A stretch of DNA of 64,000 nt. Source: Clostridiales bacterium. GTDB lineage: Bacteria; Bacillota; Clostridia; Lachnospirales; CAG-274. Under the pieces are notes generated by a model. That model saw nothing but the letters and a program-made list of their open reading frames with translations. It had not been told where the DNA came from and made no database searches. The position numbers and the translations under genes were made by a program. The stretch lies in assembly GCA_021201395.1 (NCBI GenBank), contig JAJQFB010000002.1, forward strand, positions 4,306 through 68,305, written 5' to 3'. Every line of letters starts with the position of its first letter. The first letter of the stretch is position 1. Of the stretch, positions 39,114-48,475 are shown piece after piece.

Positions 39114-39146
39114 GCCGCAAAACAGTTTTTTTGCCTGTTTTACGGC
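39114..39146. terminator. terminator downstream of purH (works on both strands)
   Basis: GCCGCAAAACAG - loop - CTGTTTTACGGC (one mismatch) with T-rich tracts following on both strands. Lies about 30 nt past the purH stop. Confidence 0.55.
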
Positions 39147-39174
39147 AGCTCCTTTTTATTATATTTGTATTTTC

Positions 39175-40731
39175 TCAGTGCCTGAAATGGCGCATTCCCG
39201 TAAATACCATAGCTATGCCGTATTTGTCGCAGGCTTCGATGGATTCACCGTCACGTATAGAGCCGCCGGGCTGTATTATGGCGCTTATGCCGGCCTTTGC
39301 CGCCGCTTCCACACAGTCTGAAAAGGGGAAAAAAGCGTCTGAGGCCAAAACCGCACCCTTAACGGCTTTGGGGGATATGTTCTTGCAGCCGTGGTCTATG
39401 GCCTGCTGCGCCGCCCAGATTCTGTTTACCTGACCGGGGCCCATACCCACGGAGCTTTTATCCTTTCCTATGGCTATGCCGTTTGACTTAACATATTTAA
39501 CAATCTTCCACGTAAACAGAAGATCCTCCATTTCCTTATCCGTAGGCTTACGTTTTGTAACAACCGTAAGCTCCTCTCCCAAAAGCTTTGAGTCAATATC
39601 CTGAATAAGCAGGCCGCCGGATACCTTTTTAACGTCATAGGCGCCCTCAGGCTGTTTTCTGTCAAGGTCTTTAAGCTCAAGAAGCCTTATATTCTTCTTT
39701 TTGGTAAGTATTTCAAGAGCCTTTTCCGAGAAAGAGGGAGCAAGAACGATTTCAAGGAAAATCTTGCTTATTTTCGCAGCCGTTGCCTCATCAATTTCTC
39801 TGTTTGCAACGACAATTCCGCCGAAAATAGAAACAGGATCTGTTGCGTAGGCCTTTGTGTATGCCTCGTAAATGTCCTTTCCGCAGGCAACTCCGCAGGG
39901 GTTTGAGTGCTTGCAGGCCACAACCGCAGGCTCGTCAAATTCCTTTAAAAGCTCCAAAGCACCGTGGGTGTCGTTTATGTTGTTAAAGGAAAGCTCCTTG
40001 CCGTGAAGCTGTTTAATACCCGTTAAAAGCCCTCTGTTGTCGCCTACTTCCTTATAAAAAGCAGCGGACTGGTGGGGATTTTCGCCGTAACGCATATTCT
40101 GAACCTTTTCAAAGGCAAGTGAAATGGTGTCGGGATATTTGGGGAGCCCTGCCTTGTCCTTTAAATAATTTGCTATAAGGCTGTCATAGTGGGCTGTGTG
40201 GTTAAATACCTTTGCGGCAAGATAAAACTTTGTTTCCGCCGAAACACCGCCGTTCTGCTTATATTCCTCAATGATTTTATCATAGTCCGACGGGTCTGTA
40301 ACAACGGCTACGTCCTTATAGTTTTTGGCCGCCGCCCTTATCATAGAGGGGCCGCCTATGTCTATGTTTTCGATGGCTTCGGGCAGGGTTGTTCCCTCTT
40401 TGAGAATAGTCTGTTTAAAGGGATAGAGGTTTACCGCTACAACATCAATAAGAGTAACGTCCAAGTCCTCAATCTGCTTCATATGGTCGGGATTGTCTCT
40501 CATAGCCAAAATACCTGCGTGGATTTTGGGGTGAAGGGTTTTTACTCTGCCGTCAAGACATTCGGGAAAGCCCGTTACCTCTTCTATACCCGTCACTTCA
40601 ACACCGTTTTCCTTAAGGGCTTTATAGGTTCCCCCCGTGGAAACAATTTCAAGGCCTAAATCGCTTAATGCCTTTGCAAATTCCACTATGCCCGTTTTGT
40701 CTGATACGCTTAACAATGCTCGTTTTTTCAT
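39175..40731 (-). CDS. purH: bifunctional AICAR formyltransferase / IMP cyclohydrolase
   Basis: [20 protein letters not shown] (MGS-like domain) plus the AICARFT domain ending FTGMRHFRH. 518 aa. Confidence 0.97.
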   Translation of the reverse strand: MKKRALLSVSDKTGIVEFAKALSDLGLEIVSTGGTYKALKENGVEVTGIEEVTGFPECLDGRVKTLHPKIHAGILAMRDNPDHMKQIEDLDVTLIDVVAVNLYPFKQTILKEGTTLPEAIENIDIGGPSMIRAAAKNYKDVAVVTDPSDYDKIIEEYKQNGGVSAETKFYLAAKVFNHTAHYDSLIANYLKDKAGLPKYPDTISLAFEKVQNMRYGENPHQSAAFYKEVGDNRGLLTGIKQLHGKELSFNNINDTHGALELLKEFDEPAVVACKHSNPCGVACGKDIYEAYTKAYATDPVSIFGGIVVANREIDEATAAKISKIFLEIVLAPSFSEKALEILTKKKNIRLLELKDLDRKQPEGAYDVKKVSGGLLIQDIDSKLLGEELTVVTKRKPTDKEMEDLLFTWKIVKYVKSNGIAIGKDKSSVGMGPGQVNRIWAAQQAIDHGCKNISPKAVKGAVLASDAFFPFSDCVEAAAKAGISAIIQPGGSIRDGESIEACDKYGIAMVFTGMRHFRH

Positions 40732-40754
40732 ATCTCTGCTCCTTTTTCTGTATT

Positions 40755-41951
40755 TTATATATTATAATTATAATTTTCGCCGCTGTCCTTTTCCTTGTCT
40801 GTTTTTGTAATTACAGTCTTTAAAAGAATGGGCGTTATTAACGTTGTTACAATTACCACGAAAATTATTGCCGGAAACAGAGTTACGTCGATAAGCCCCA
40901 TTTCCTCTCCCTTTTGAGCAATAATAAGGGAAACCTCTCCTCTTGAAATCATACCAAACCCTATTGTCAGGGATTCGGTATTGCTGTATTTCATAAGCTT
41001 TGCACCGAAACCGCAGCCCAAAAGTTTTGAAACAACGGCCACAGCCAAAAGCAAAAGGGCAAATATAAACAAAGAGGGAGTTAAAGACCTCAGGTTTGTG
41101 TCTATTCCTATGCTTGCAAAAAATATGGGGGCAAATATCATATATGCAGTTATATTTGTCCTTTGCGAAACATAGTCCTTTATGCGGAGATTGCAAAGAA
41201 GAACCCCCGCAAAATAAGCCCCTGTTATATCGGTGATGCCGAAATAAACCTCAGATATATAAGCGAGAATAAAACAAAAACACAAGCTTGTTACAGAGGC
41301 CGTTCTGGTATTGTTATAATGCTCCAAAATATCCCTTTCCTTTTTTATTACAAAAGCCAATATGACAAGGAATATAAAAAAGGCGGTAATTTTCATATAA
41401 AAATAGTCAAAATCCGCTCCGTGGGAATTTGCGTTTGTAATAAGAGAAAGGTTTATTATACCTAAAATATCATCTATTACAGCGGCTCCCAAAATAGTTG
41501 TTCCTATTTTCCCTTTCAGCTTGCCCATTTCCTTTAAGGCTTCAACGGTTATCGAAACAGAGGTGGCCGTCAAAACAATACCGATGAAAATTCCTTTCAG
41601 AATATCCTTAGGGTCGGCTGTTCCAAACCAGAGATAATATAATCCGGATCCCATTATAAGAGGAATTATGACCCCTATAGCCGCAATAACAACGGAAGCC
41701 AAGCCGTCCTTTTTTATCTCGGTTAAATCAGTTTCAAGGCCGGCTATAAACATAAGCATAATACAGCCTATTTCCGAAATTTGAGCAATATAATCAGACT
41801 CGGGAATGACTCCCAAAATCGAGGGACCCAAAATAAGACCGGCTAAAAGAGAGCCTACAACCTGAGGCATATCAATGTTTCTTGACAAAATTCTCATTGC
41901 TTTGGTAAATAACAATATTACGGCGATTACCAAAAGAAAAGTATAATCCAT
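40755..41951 (-). CDS. cation:proton antiporter (CPA2 / Kef-NapA type)
   Basis: 12-13 TM helices with a Na_H_Exchanger-like N-terminus ([18 protein letters not shown]). Start trimmed to the Met at 41951. Confidence 0.85.
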   Translation of the reverse strand: MDYTFLLVIAVILLFTKAMRILSRNIDMPQVVGSLLAGLILGPSILGVIPESDYIAQISEIGCIMLMFIAGLETDLTEIKKDGLASVVIAAIGVIIPLIMGSGLYYLWFGTADPKDILKGIFIGIVLTATSVSITVEALKEMGKLKGKIGTTILGAAVIDDILGIINLSLITNANSHGADFDYFYMKITAFFIFLVILAFVIKKERDILEHYNNTRTASVTSLCFCFILAYISEVYFGITDITGAYFAGVLLCNLRIKDYVSQRTNITAYMIFAPIFFASIGIDTNLRSLTPSLFIFALLLLAVAVVSKLLGCGFGAKLMKYSNTESLTIGFGMISRGEVSLIIAQKGEEMGLIDVTLFPAIIFVVIVTTLITPILLKTVITKTDKEKDSGENYNYNI

Positions 41952-42059
41952 AAGTCTACCTCTTTTTCCGGAACAAACTCTTGACATATCATTTTTTTAT
42001 GCGTATCATTATATTAACACATTAAAGTCAATTTTACAAGGGCTTGAAAGGAAAATTAT

Positions 42060-42943
42060 ATGCAAAACATACTTTTTATGACAGACCTTGACGGTACTCT
42101 TTTAAACAATAATAAAGAAGTAAGCAGAACCTCGGCGGACATCTTAAACAGCCTTATTGAAAGGGGTCTTAAATTCAGTGTTTCAACCGCCAGAACTCCG
42201 GCCACGCTTTATGAAATTTTAAAAGAGCTTAAGCTTAACTATCCCCTTTGCTGTATGAACGGAGCGGCTTTTTTCGATATGAAAGAGGAAAAATACATAA
42301 AATATTATACAATAGAGGAGGGGCTTGTTTACAGGCTCATAGAAATTTGTCACAGAGCAAAAATTTCCCCTTTTATTCACTGTATAAAAGACAACAACAG
42401 GTCAAGGGTTTCCCCCTTTATTAACGGTGCAAGGGACAACAGGCTTTATGTCTGTTATGAAAACACAGAGTCTGAGGCTGCGGAGAATTTTCGCAGGGAA
42501 AGAGAGGGACTTAGGCTCAAAACCTATATTCATGCCCCCTACAGCCCTAAATTCGGTCAAGCCATCTACCTTACCCTTTTGGGGGAGGAAGCAAAAACAA
42601 GAGAGGTTTTGGCCGAAATCGAAAATGAGGGGCTGTCGGCGGCCTTAGGCCTTAATTTTTACGAAGATATTTACAATAAGGGCTTTTATTACCTTGAAAT
42701 TTGTGATAAAATGGCTTCAAAGAAAACAGGGCTTAAATTTTTAAAGGAATTTTCCAAAGCGGAACAGGTTTATGCCTTGGGGACAACCTAAACGATTTGC
42801 CTATGCTTAAGGAAGCCGACAAAAGCTTCGCCATGGAAAATGCCGCTTCGGAGGTTAAGGCCTTTTGCAATGAAGTTATAGGCAAAAACACAGAGGACAG
42901 CGTTGCTTTGACAATAAAAAAAATAACGGAGGGTGAATTATAA
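42060..42943 (+). CDS. Cof-type HAD-IIB hydrolase, split by an apparent 1-nt deletion near 42779-42782
   Basis: DLDGTLL motif at the N-terminus. The ORF stops at 42791, but the next frame continues with (G)DNLNDLPMLKEADKSFAMENAASEVKAFCNEVIGKNTEDSVALTIKKI, the canonical Cof C-terminus. Confidence 0.8.
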
Positions 42944-42944
42944 T

Positions 42945-43511
42945 ATGAAAGAGCTTATAGATCTATACACAACCTTTTTCAGAATAGGCCTCTTTACTTT
43001 CGGGGGAGGTATGGCTATGCTGCCTATGCTTACAAAAGAGGTTGTGGAGGACAAAAAGTGGGCCACAAACGAGGAAATTTTGGATTATTTTGCCATAGGC
43101 CAGTGTACCCCCGGCATTATCGCCATAAATACATCGACTTTCATAGGCACAAAAAGAAAGGGAGCCATAGGCGGCGTAACGGCCACCCTGGGAATGGTAA
43201 CCCCCTCTGTCATCGTTATACTTATTATAGCCTCCATACTTTCACAGATTATGGAATATGAAATCGTAGGCCATATTTTTGCCGGAATAAGAATAGCCGT
43301 TGCGGCTCTTGTTACCGAGTCCCTTGTGGGAATTTTAAAAAGCGGCATAAAGGATATTTTCGGTTTGGTTTTCTACCTCATAATACTCACATTCTGCATT
43401 TTTGTAACCAACTCCCCTATCTTGGTTGTTATAGCAGGCATAGCTGTGGGAATTTGCAGAATTAAGCTTGTTGATAAAAACGACAAAAAGGAGGGGAAGC
43501 GTAATGTATAA
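42945..43511 (+). CDS. chromate transporter family protein (ChrA, half-size, first of a pair)
   Basis: FFRIGLFTFGGGMAMLPML...GQCTPG motifs. RBS GGAGGG. Start moved to the ATG at 42945. Confidence 0.8.
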   Translation: MKELIDLYTTFFRIGLFTFGGGMAMLPMLTKEVVEDKKWATNEEILDYFAIGQCTPGIIAINTSTFIGTKRKGAIGGVTATLGMVTPSVIVILIIASILSQIMEYEIVGHIFAGIRIAVAALVTESLVGILKSGIKDIFGLVFYLIILTFCIFVTNSPILVVIAGIAVGICRIKLVDKNDKKEGKRNV

Positions 43512-44064
43512 TCTTTTGCTCCTTATGTATGAGTTTTTTAAGATAGGGCTTTTTTCCGTAGGCGGCGGCCTTGCCACTCTGCCCTTCCTCTATAACCTTG
43601 CCGCAAAGGACTACGGCTGGTTCGACACCTCTGCTCTTGCGGATATGATAGCGGTTTCCGAGTCTACCCCCGGTCCTATGGGGGTAAATATGGCCACCTA
43701 CGCAGGCTATCACGCCGCAGGAATTTTAGGAGGAATCTTCGCCACTCTGTCCCTTGCTGTTCCGGGGATTATAATTATAATAATATATAAATTTTTGGAG
43801 AAATTCAGAAACAACAAATATGTAGACGGTGTTTTCTATGCCCTCCACCCTGCCGTGGGCGCCCTTATAACCCTTGCCTGCTTTGAGGTCTATAAGTCCT
43901 CCTTTTTAGGCGGAGAGGAATTTTATATAAAGCCCCTTCACCTTATTCTGTTTTTGGCAATCTTCGGTATTAAGGTGTTCCTTGCCAAAAAGAAAAATAA
44001 AAAAATTCACCCCGTAGCCGTTATAGCAATAGGGGCTGTTTTGGGCATTTGTTTTGGACTTTAG
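43504..44064 (+). CDS. chromate transporter family protein (ChrA, half-size, second of a pair)
   Basis: FFKIGLFSVGGGLATLPFL...SESTPGPMG motifs. Start moved to the ATG at 43504 behind GGAGGGG. Confidence 0.8.
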   Translation: MYNLLLLMYEFFKIGLFSVGGGLATLPFLYNLAAKDYGWFDTSALADMIAVSESTPGPMGVNMATYAGYHAAGILGGIFATLSLAVPGIIIIIIYKFLEKFRNNKYVDGVFYALHPAVGALITLACFEVYKSSFLGGEEFYIKPLHLILFLAIFGIKVFLAKKKNKKIHPVAVIAIGAVLGICFGL

Positions 44065-44067
44065 GCT

Positions 44068-44988
44068 ATGGAAAAGAGATATTATTCCGCAAACGATTTT
44101 TACAGGGAAAAATTCGGTGAAAGGCTTATTAAAATTGCCCTAAACGGGGGATTCACCTGCCCCAACAGAGACGGAAGCAAGGCTGTGGGCGGCTGTATAT
44201 TCTGCTCCCCCTCAGGTTCAGGAGACTTTGCCGGAAACAGGGACAAAACCATAACAGAGCAGTTTTACGAAATGAAAGAAATTATGAACAAAAAATGGCC
44301 TGATGGGGTTTATATGGCCTATTTTCAGGCTTTTACAAACACCTATGCTCCGGTCAGCGTCTTAAGAGAGAAGTTTAACGAGGCCTTGAGCCTGCCGGAG
44401 GTTAAGGCTCTTTCAATAGCCACAAGGCCGGACTGTCTTGAAAGCGATAAAATAAGCCTTATAAAGGAGCTTAACGAAAGTGTCTATACCTGTGTGGAGC
44501 TGAGGCTTCAAACCTCTAAGGAGGAAACCGCTCTGCTTATAAACCGCTGTTTTGACAATAACTGCTTTAAAAAGGCGGTTAAAGACCTTGAGGGCATAGA
44601 CGTAACGGCTCATATTATTTTGGGGCTTCCGGGAGAAACGAAGGAGGATATGCTTAAAAGCGTTTGCTTTGCGGCGGACTGCGGAGTTAAGGGCATAAAG
44701 CTCCAGCTTCTTCACGTTCTGAAGGGTACAAAGCTTGCCGAAATGTATGAAAGAGGCGAATTTAAAACCCTTACTCTTGAGGAATATGCGGATATAGTTG
44801 TTTCCTGCATAGAAATCCTGCCTGAGAACATAGTTATCCACAGAATAACAGGCGACGGCAAAGGAGCCGACCTGATTGCTCCCCTTTACAGCAAAAACAA
44901 GAAAAAAGTTTTAAACACCATAAACAGAGAGCTTATAAAGAGAAACACATATCAGGGGAAGCTTTCCCCGACAAATAAAGCAAAATAA
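44068..44988 (+). CDS. radical SAM protein, TIGR01212-like
   Basis: Unusual cluster motif CPNRDGSKAVGGCIFCS near the N-terminus. The ~300-aa layout matches the TIGR01212 family as I recall it. Confidence 0.8.
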   Translation: MEKRYYSANDFYREKFGERLIKIALNGGFTCPNRDGSKAVGGCIFCSPSGSGDFAGNRDKTITEQFYEMKEIMNKKWPDGVYMAYFQAFTNTYAPVSVLREKFNEALSLPEVKALSIATRPDCLESDKISLIKELNESVYTCVELRLQTSKEETALLINRCFDNNCFKKAVKDLEGIDVTAHIILGLPGETKEDMLKSVCFAADCGVKGIKLQLLHVLKGTKLAEMYERGEFKTLTLEEYADIVVSCIEILPENIVIHRITGDGKGADLIAPLYSKNKKKVLNTINRELIKRNTYQGKLSPTNKAK

Positions 44989-45000
44989 CACTTTACAAAT

Positions 45001-45044
45001 AAAAATTGCCGCAGACCGAAAAAACAGTCTTACGGCAATTTTTT
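45001..45044. terminator. bidirectional terminator between the radical SAM gene and the DUF3791 gene
   Basis: AAAAATTGCCG(C)AGAC - loop - GTCT(TA)CGGCAATTTTTT. Overlaps the last codons of the minus-strand ORF ending at 45030. Confidence 0.5.
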
Positions 45045-45269
45045 ATTTGTCAGTTTTTTTGCGGAAGTATTGTATTCTTCGGATAAATCCTCGGCAAGAT
45101 AACCATCGCTCATACAGTGAAGATCGGAAATGCCTCGGCTGATAAGCTTATATTCTACAGAATTGTAGAAAAAGTCAAGGGCTTTGCTTAGAGTAAGCTT
45201 TTCCCTTTCCGCAAATAATTTTATCACTCTCACATATTTTTTTTGTAAAAGAATGGGGTGTGCGTTCAT
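45030..45269 (-). CDS. DUF3791-like small protein (distal paralog)
   Basis: 79 aa. Shares the ...LHxxxxxY(I/L)xxD(I/L) C-terminal pattern (LHCMSDGYLAEDL) with the ORF at 45736-45975 (LHTQGKDYIIDDI). Its start overlaps the upstream stop by 4 nt. Confidence 0.6.
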   Translation of the reverse strand: MNAHPILLQKKYVRVIKLFAEREKLTLSKALDFFYNSVEYKLISRGISDLHCMSDGYLAEDLSEEYNTSAKKLTNKKLP

Positions 45270-45739
45270 AAGCTTTTGCTCTCCTTAAAATGCAGGTATT
45301 TATCTATTGCTTTTTGACTGCGGAAGCATATTTGCATATTGGGCTTCTCATACTTAAGTCTTTTTATAGCTTCTTTTTTGTCAATTAATCCGTCAAAATA
45401 TAACTCTAAAGTGTTAAAAACCTTGTCGTTTGCTACTCCGCCCGTAACTATATCATAGCTTGTGTTGTCATTTCCGCTTCTGCATAAAATAATAAAATCA
45501 AGCCATTCTTCACAGTAGGAATTAAACCTTAATACATTCAACTCGGAAAAAGCCTTTTCGTCAAATATATAAGAGGAAATAATCCCCTTTTTGCCCTGTC
45601 CCTTGAATTTTAAAGACCAGCTCTCTGCCTGTTCAAGCAGGGGTGTGGTATAGAAGCCCTTTCCGAAATCCACTTTTGAACGGGAATGTGCAGTATCAGG
45701 CTTGAGCATTTCGATGTAGGAACCGTGGTAAACAATCAT
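45266..45739 (-). CDS. DUF3990-like protein with PARP/ART-like HGS and GxGFY motifs
   Basis: MIVYHGSYIEML...DFGKGFYTTPLLEQA...SYDIVTGGVANDKVF; 157 aa. Both gene junctions overlap by 4 nt. Confidence 0.65.
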   Translation of the reverse strand: MIVYHGSYIEMLKPDTAHSRSKVDFGKGFYTTPLLEQAESWSLKFKGQGKKGIISSYIFDEKAFSELNVLRFNSYCEEWLDFIILCRSGNDNTSYDIVTGGVANDKVFNTLELYFDGLIDKKEAIKRLKYEKPNMQICFRSQKAIDKYLHFKESKSL

Positions 45740-45975
45740 ACCTCAACCCCCTTTTCTCTTATGACGGATATTATGTCATCTATTATATAATCCTTTCCCT
45801 GAGTATGGAGAGGCTCATAACAGGGGATAATATAGCTGTAAAGTATATCACTTTTTTCGGTCAGGGCTTTATACAGCCTGTCGGCGGTTATGCCGAGCTC
45901 AACAGCGGTATTTTCTATGCAAAAAACAGCAAATTCAAGCTCATCGGTATTTTTTATTTTATTATTATCCGCCAT
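45736..45975 (-). CDS. DUF3791-like small protein (proximal paralog)
   Basis: 79 aa, MADNNKIKNTDELEFAVFCIENTAVELGITADRLYKAL... First gene of the overlapping trio. Confidence 0.6.
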   Translation of the reverse strand: MADNNKIKNTDELEFAVFCIENTAVELGITADRLYKALTEKSDILYSYIIPCYEPLHTQGKDYIIDDIISVIREKGVEV

Positions 45976-46062
45976 TTTATGCTCCTCCTTAGGTGTTTCG
46001 GTTATTTTCTTTTAGCTTTATTATATACCGACGGAACCGCAAAATCAATATCTGTCTTAAAT

Positions 46063-47442
46063 TTACAGAATATTTTTTCTGCACACCTCAACGGCTTTAA
46101 ACAATACAAAAGGCAAAAAAGAAAGTAAAATAACATCAAACCACAGCTTAGGGTCAAGAGACACAAGGCCGAAAATTCGGGACGCAAGGGGAAGCTCTGC
46201 GGCAAGAACAACGATCAGAAAGCCCAGTATAAACGAAAGATTTAAGAATTTGTTTTTAAAAAGCTCTTTTCCTCGCATATTGAAGCCGTGAAAAAGCTGC
46301 GATATGCAGAGAACGGCAAAGGCCATTGTCCTGCCGACGGTTAAGCCCGAAAGGGTTTTTCCGAAAATAAAAGCGGCAAGGGTAACGGCACTTATGACAA
46401 TACCCTCGAAAATAATTTTTATTATAAAGGGGCGGTCTATAAAATTCGTTTCTTCAACAGGAGATCTTTTCATAATGTCCTCATCGGGCGGCTCTAAGGC
46501 CATAGCTATAGCAGGGAAGCAGTCCGTAATAAGGTTTACCATAAGAAGCTGAACCGCCGGCAGGGGCAGCTCAAGACCTGCGGCCACAGCGGCAAATATA
46601 CATAAAAGCTCACCTATATTGCAGGACAGCAGAAAGTGAAGTGATTTTTTGAGATTGCCGTAAATTACTCTTCCCGTTTTAACGGCTCGGGGCAAGGAGT
46701 TTAAATCATTAAAAACTATGTGAGAGGCATTGTAAAGCTCCGGTCTGCTGCTGAGACAGCCCCCTACGTCCGCCGCTGCCATAAACCGCCTGTCGGCTTC
46801 TGCCTCTCCTATAAAGCAGATAATTTCACCCTCGCTCCACATATTGTAAAAGGTTTTTTCGTCTGCCTTGTCAATTATCTTTATTCCCGTCTCCTCAAGT
46901 TGGGCCTTTTCCTTATTTCCTATGTTGTCGGGATTCAAAAAAACAGCCTTAATCTGACCTAAAGCCTCGGTACAAATAAGACTTCTGACGTATATATCCT
47001 CCCTTGAAAGACAGCAGATTCCCGAAGAAAGCATAATTGTAACAATGGCAGGCAGACTTTCGGGAATAACCGCCACCGCAAGGCTTAAAGAAAGCAGGAG
47101 CATATCCCCCAAACCGCCGCCTCTTAATATTCCGCCTAAAAATATTATTATGCAAAAGGCCCCCGTTAAGGCGCACAAAAGCCGCCCAACTTCCGAAAGC
47201 CGCCTTTGCATATGGGTAGGCCGTTCGTCTTGTGTGTCCCCTATTATTTCCTCGGCCTTAAGCTCCTGAACCGTTCCGAAAAGGGCGTTCAGAATAAGTA
47301 TGGCAAGGATTATAAGGCTGTCCGTACAGAAACCGGCTCCGCTTAAAAGCTGTGCCCCTCCGCTTACGGCGGCGCATATTATAAGAAGAATAATCGTAAA
47401 ATCCTGAAATTGTCTTAAAAATGTCTTTAATATTTTTTTCAT
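46063..47442 (-). CDS. reduced P-type (type II, Ca-ATPase-like) ATPase homolog lacking the A domain, N domain and DKTGT site
   Basis: Retains M1-M2 (FLRQFQDFTIILLIICAAVS, NALFGTVQELKAEE), M4 (AVAVIPESLPAIVT), M5-M10 (RVIYGNLKKSLHFLLSCNIGE, MVNLITDCFPAIAMALEPPDEDIMKR). The position of ICSDKTGTLT reads AVFLNPDNIG, and GDGVND reads GEAEAD. Only 459 aa. Confidence 0.75.
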   Translation of the reverse strand: MKKILKTFLRQFQDFTIILLIICAAVSGGAQLLSGAGFCTDSLIILAILILNALFGTVQELKAEEIIGDTQDERPTHMQRRLSEVGRLLCALTGAFCIIIFLGGILRGGGLGDMLLLSLSLAVAVIPESLPAIVTIMLSSGICCLSREDIYVRSLICTEALGQIKAVFLNPDNIGNKEKAQLEETGIKIIDKADEKTFYNMWSEGEIICFIGEAEADRRFMAAADVGGCLSSRPELYNASHIVFNDLNSLPRAVKTGRVIYGNLKKSLHFLLSCNIGELLCIFAAVAAGLELPLPAVQLLMVNLITDCFPAIAMALEPPDEDIMKRSPVEETNFIDRPFIIKIIFEGIVISAVTLAAFIFGKTLSGLTVGRTMAFAVLCISQLFHGFNMRGKELFKNKFLNLSFILGFLIVVLAAELPLASRIFGLVSLDPKLWFDVILLSFLPFVLFKAVEVCRKNIL

Positions 47443-47566
47443 TTTTTAACATCAAATCCCCTGTATTTCTTTTTATTTATATTCAAAGAAACGCTTGATT
47501 CATTACAGAATAAATGTTAAAATTATTATTGGGGAATCGGTTCCCAAAAGGAAAGGAGATTTTGTT

Positions 47567-48400
47567 ATGGATAAAAAAATAAACCTGCCAAAATATTGGA
47601 GATATTTTACACTGGGCTTTTTGATGCTTTGCTGGATTGTTCTTGTTTTTATAATGGATAAGCCTGAGTGGACGATTATTCCCGCTTTTATTGTCTATCT
47701 TTTGATAAATGCCCTTGTTTTCAGAAGCTATACTTTGGGGGTCATAGGAAATTACTGGTATACCATAAGGCATTTTGAAAAGGCCTACAAGTATTTTGAA
47801 AAGGCCGTAAAAAGCGGCACTCACCATGTCAAGGCTCTCTATCTCTATGCTTTAAGGCTTTTACAGGACGGAAACGGCAGGGAAGCCCTTAAATATTTTG
47901 AGCTTGCGGAAAAGTATAACTGCGGCATTCTTATGGAAAAATATATAACCGTTTCAAAGAGCAGCTGTTACTGGATAATGGGGGAAATTGACAAGGCCAT
48001 TTCCCTTTTGGAGGGGCTTATGGAAAAATTCTCCTACATAAGCACTGACGCCTACACAACCTTAGGCTATCTTTATTTTTTAAAGGATAACCTTGAGAAA
48101 GCTGAGAAATACACAAACAAGGCCATAGAGGACAGCGAGGATCACGCTCCGGCCTGGGACAATTTAGGCCAGATTTACTATAAAAAGGGAAAAACCGACA
48201 AGGCGAAGGAGTATTTTGAAAAGGCTCTTTCTTATAAGGAAATTGCAGACAGCCTGTATTTTATGGGCAGAATAAGAGAGGACGAGGGCAAGGAAAAGGA
48301 AGCGGAAGAATATTACGAAAGGGCTTTAAAATGCAGCATTTCAGCCCTTAACACTGTAACAGAGGAAGAAATTAAAAACAGGCTTAAGACCTTAAAATAA
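47567..48400 (+). CDS. membrane-anchored tetratricopeptide repeat protein
   Basis: Two N-terminal TM segments followed by several TPR-like repeats (AWDNLGQIYYKKGKTDKAKEYFEKAL...). Start moved to the ATG at 47567 behind AAGGAGA. Confidence 0.75.
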   Translation: MDKKINLPKYWRYFTLGFLMLCWIVLVFIMDKPEWTIIPAFIVYLLINALVFRSYTLGVIGNYWYTIRHFEKAYKYFEKAVKSGTHHVKALYLYALRLLQDGNGREALKYFELAEKYNCGILMEKYITVSKSSCYWIMGEIDKAISLLEGLMEKFSYISTDAYTTLGYLYFLKDNLEKAEKYTNKAIEDSEDHAPAWDNLGQIYYKKGKTDKAKEYFEKALSYKEIADSLYFMGRIREDEGKEKEAEEYYERALKCSISALNTVTEEEIKNRLKTLK

Positions 48401-48447
48401 AAAAACAGGCGGCTTATGTATCAGTAAACAGTAAGCCGCCTGTTTTT
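48401..48447. terminator. bidirectional rho-independent terminator
   Basis: AAAAACAGGCGGCTTA - loop - TAAGCCGCCTGTTTTT, a 12-bp perfect stem. Confidence 0.7.
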
Positions 48448-48475
48448 ATATGTTGTAAAAGAACAAATTCATATA

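Noticed and set aside
38859-39433. ORFs 38859-39104, 38978-39433 and 39028-39321 on the plus strand.
   Set aside because: No RBS, odd composition (Cys/Arg/Ser-rich), and they overlap the hairpin-rich non-coding stretch and the 3' end of purH. I treat them as non-coding.
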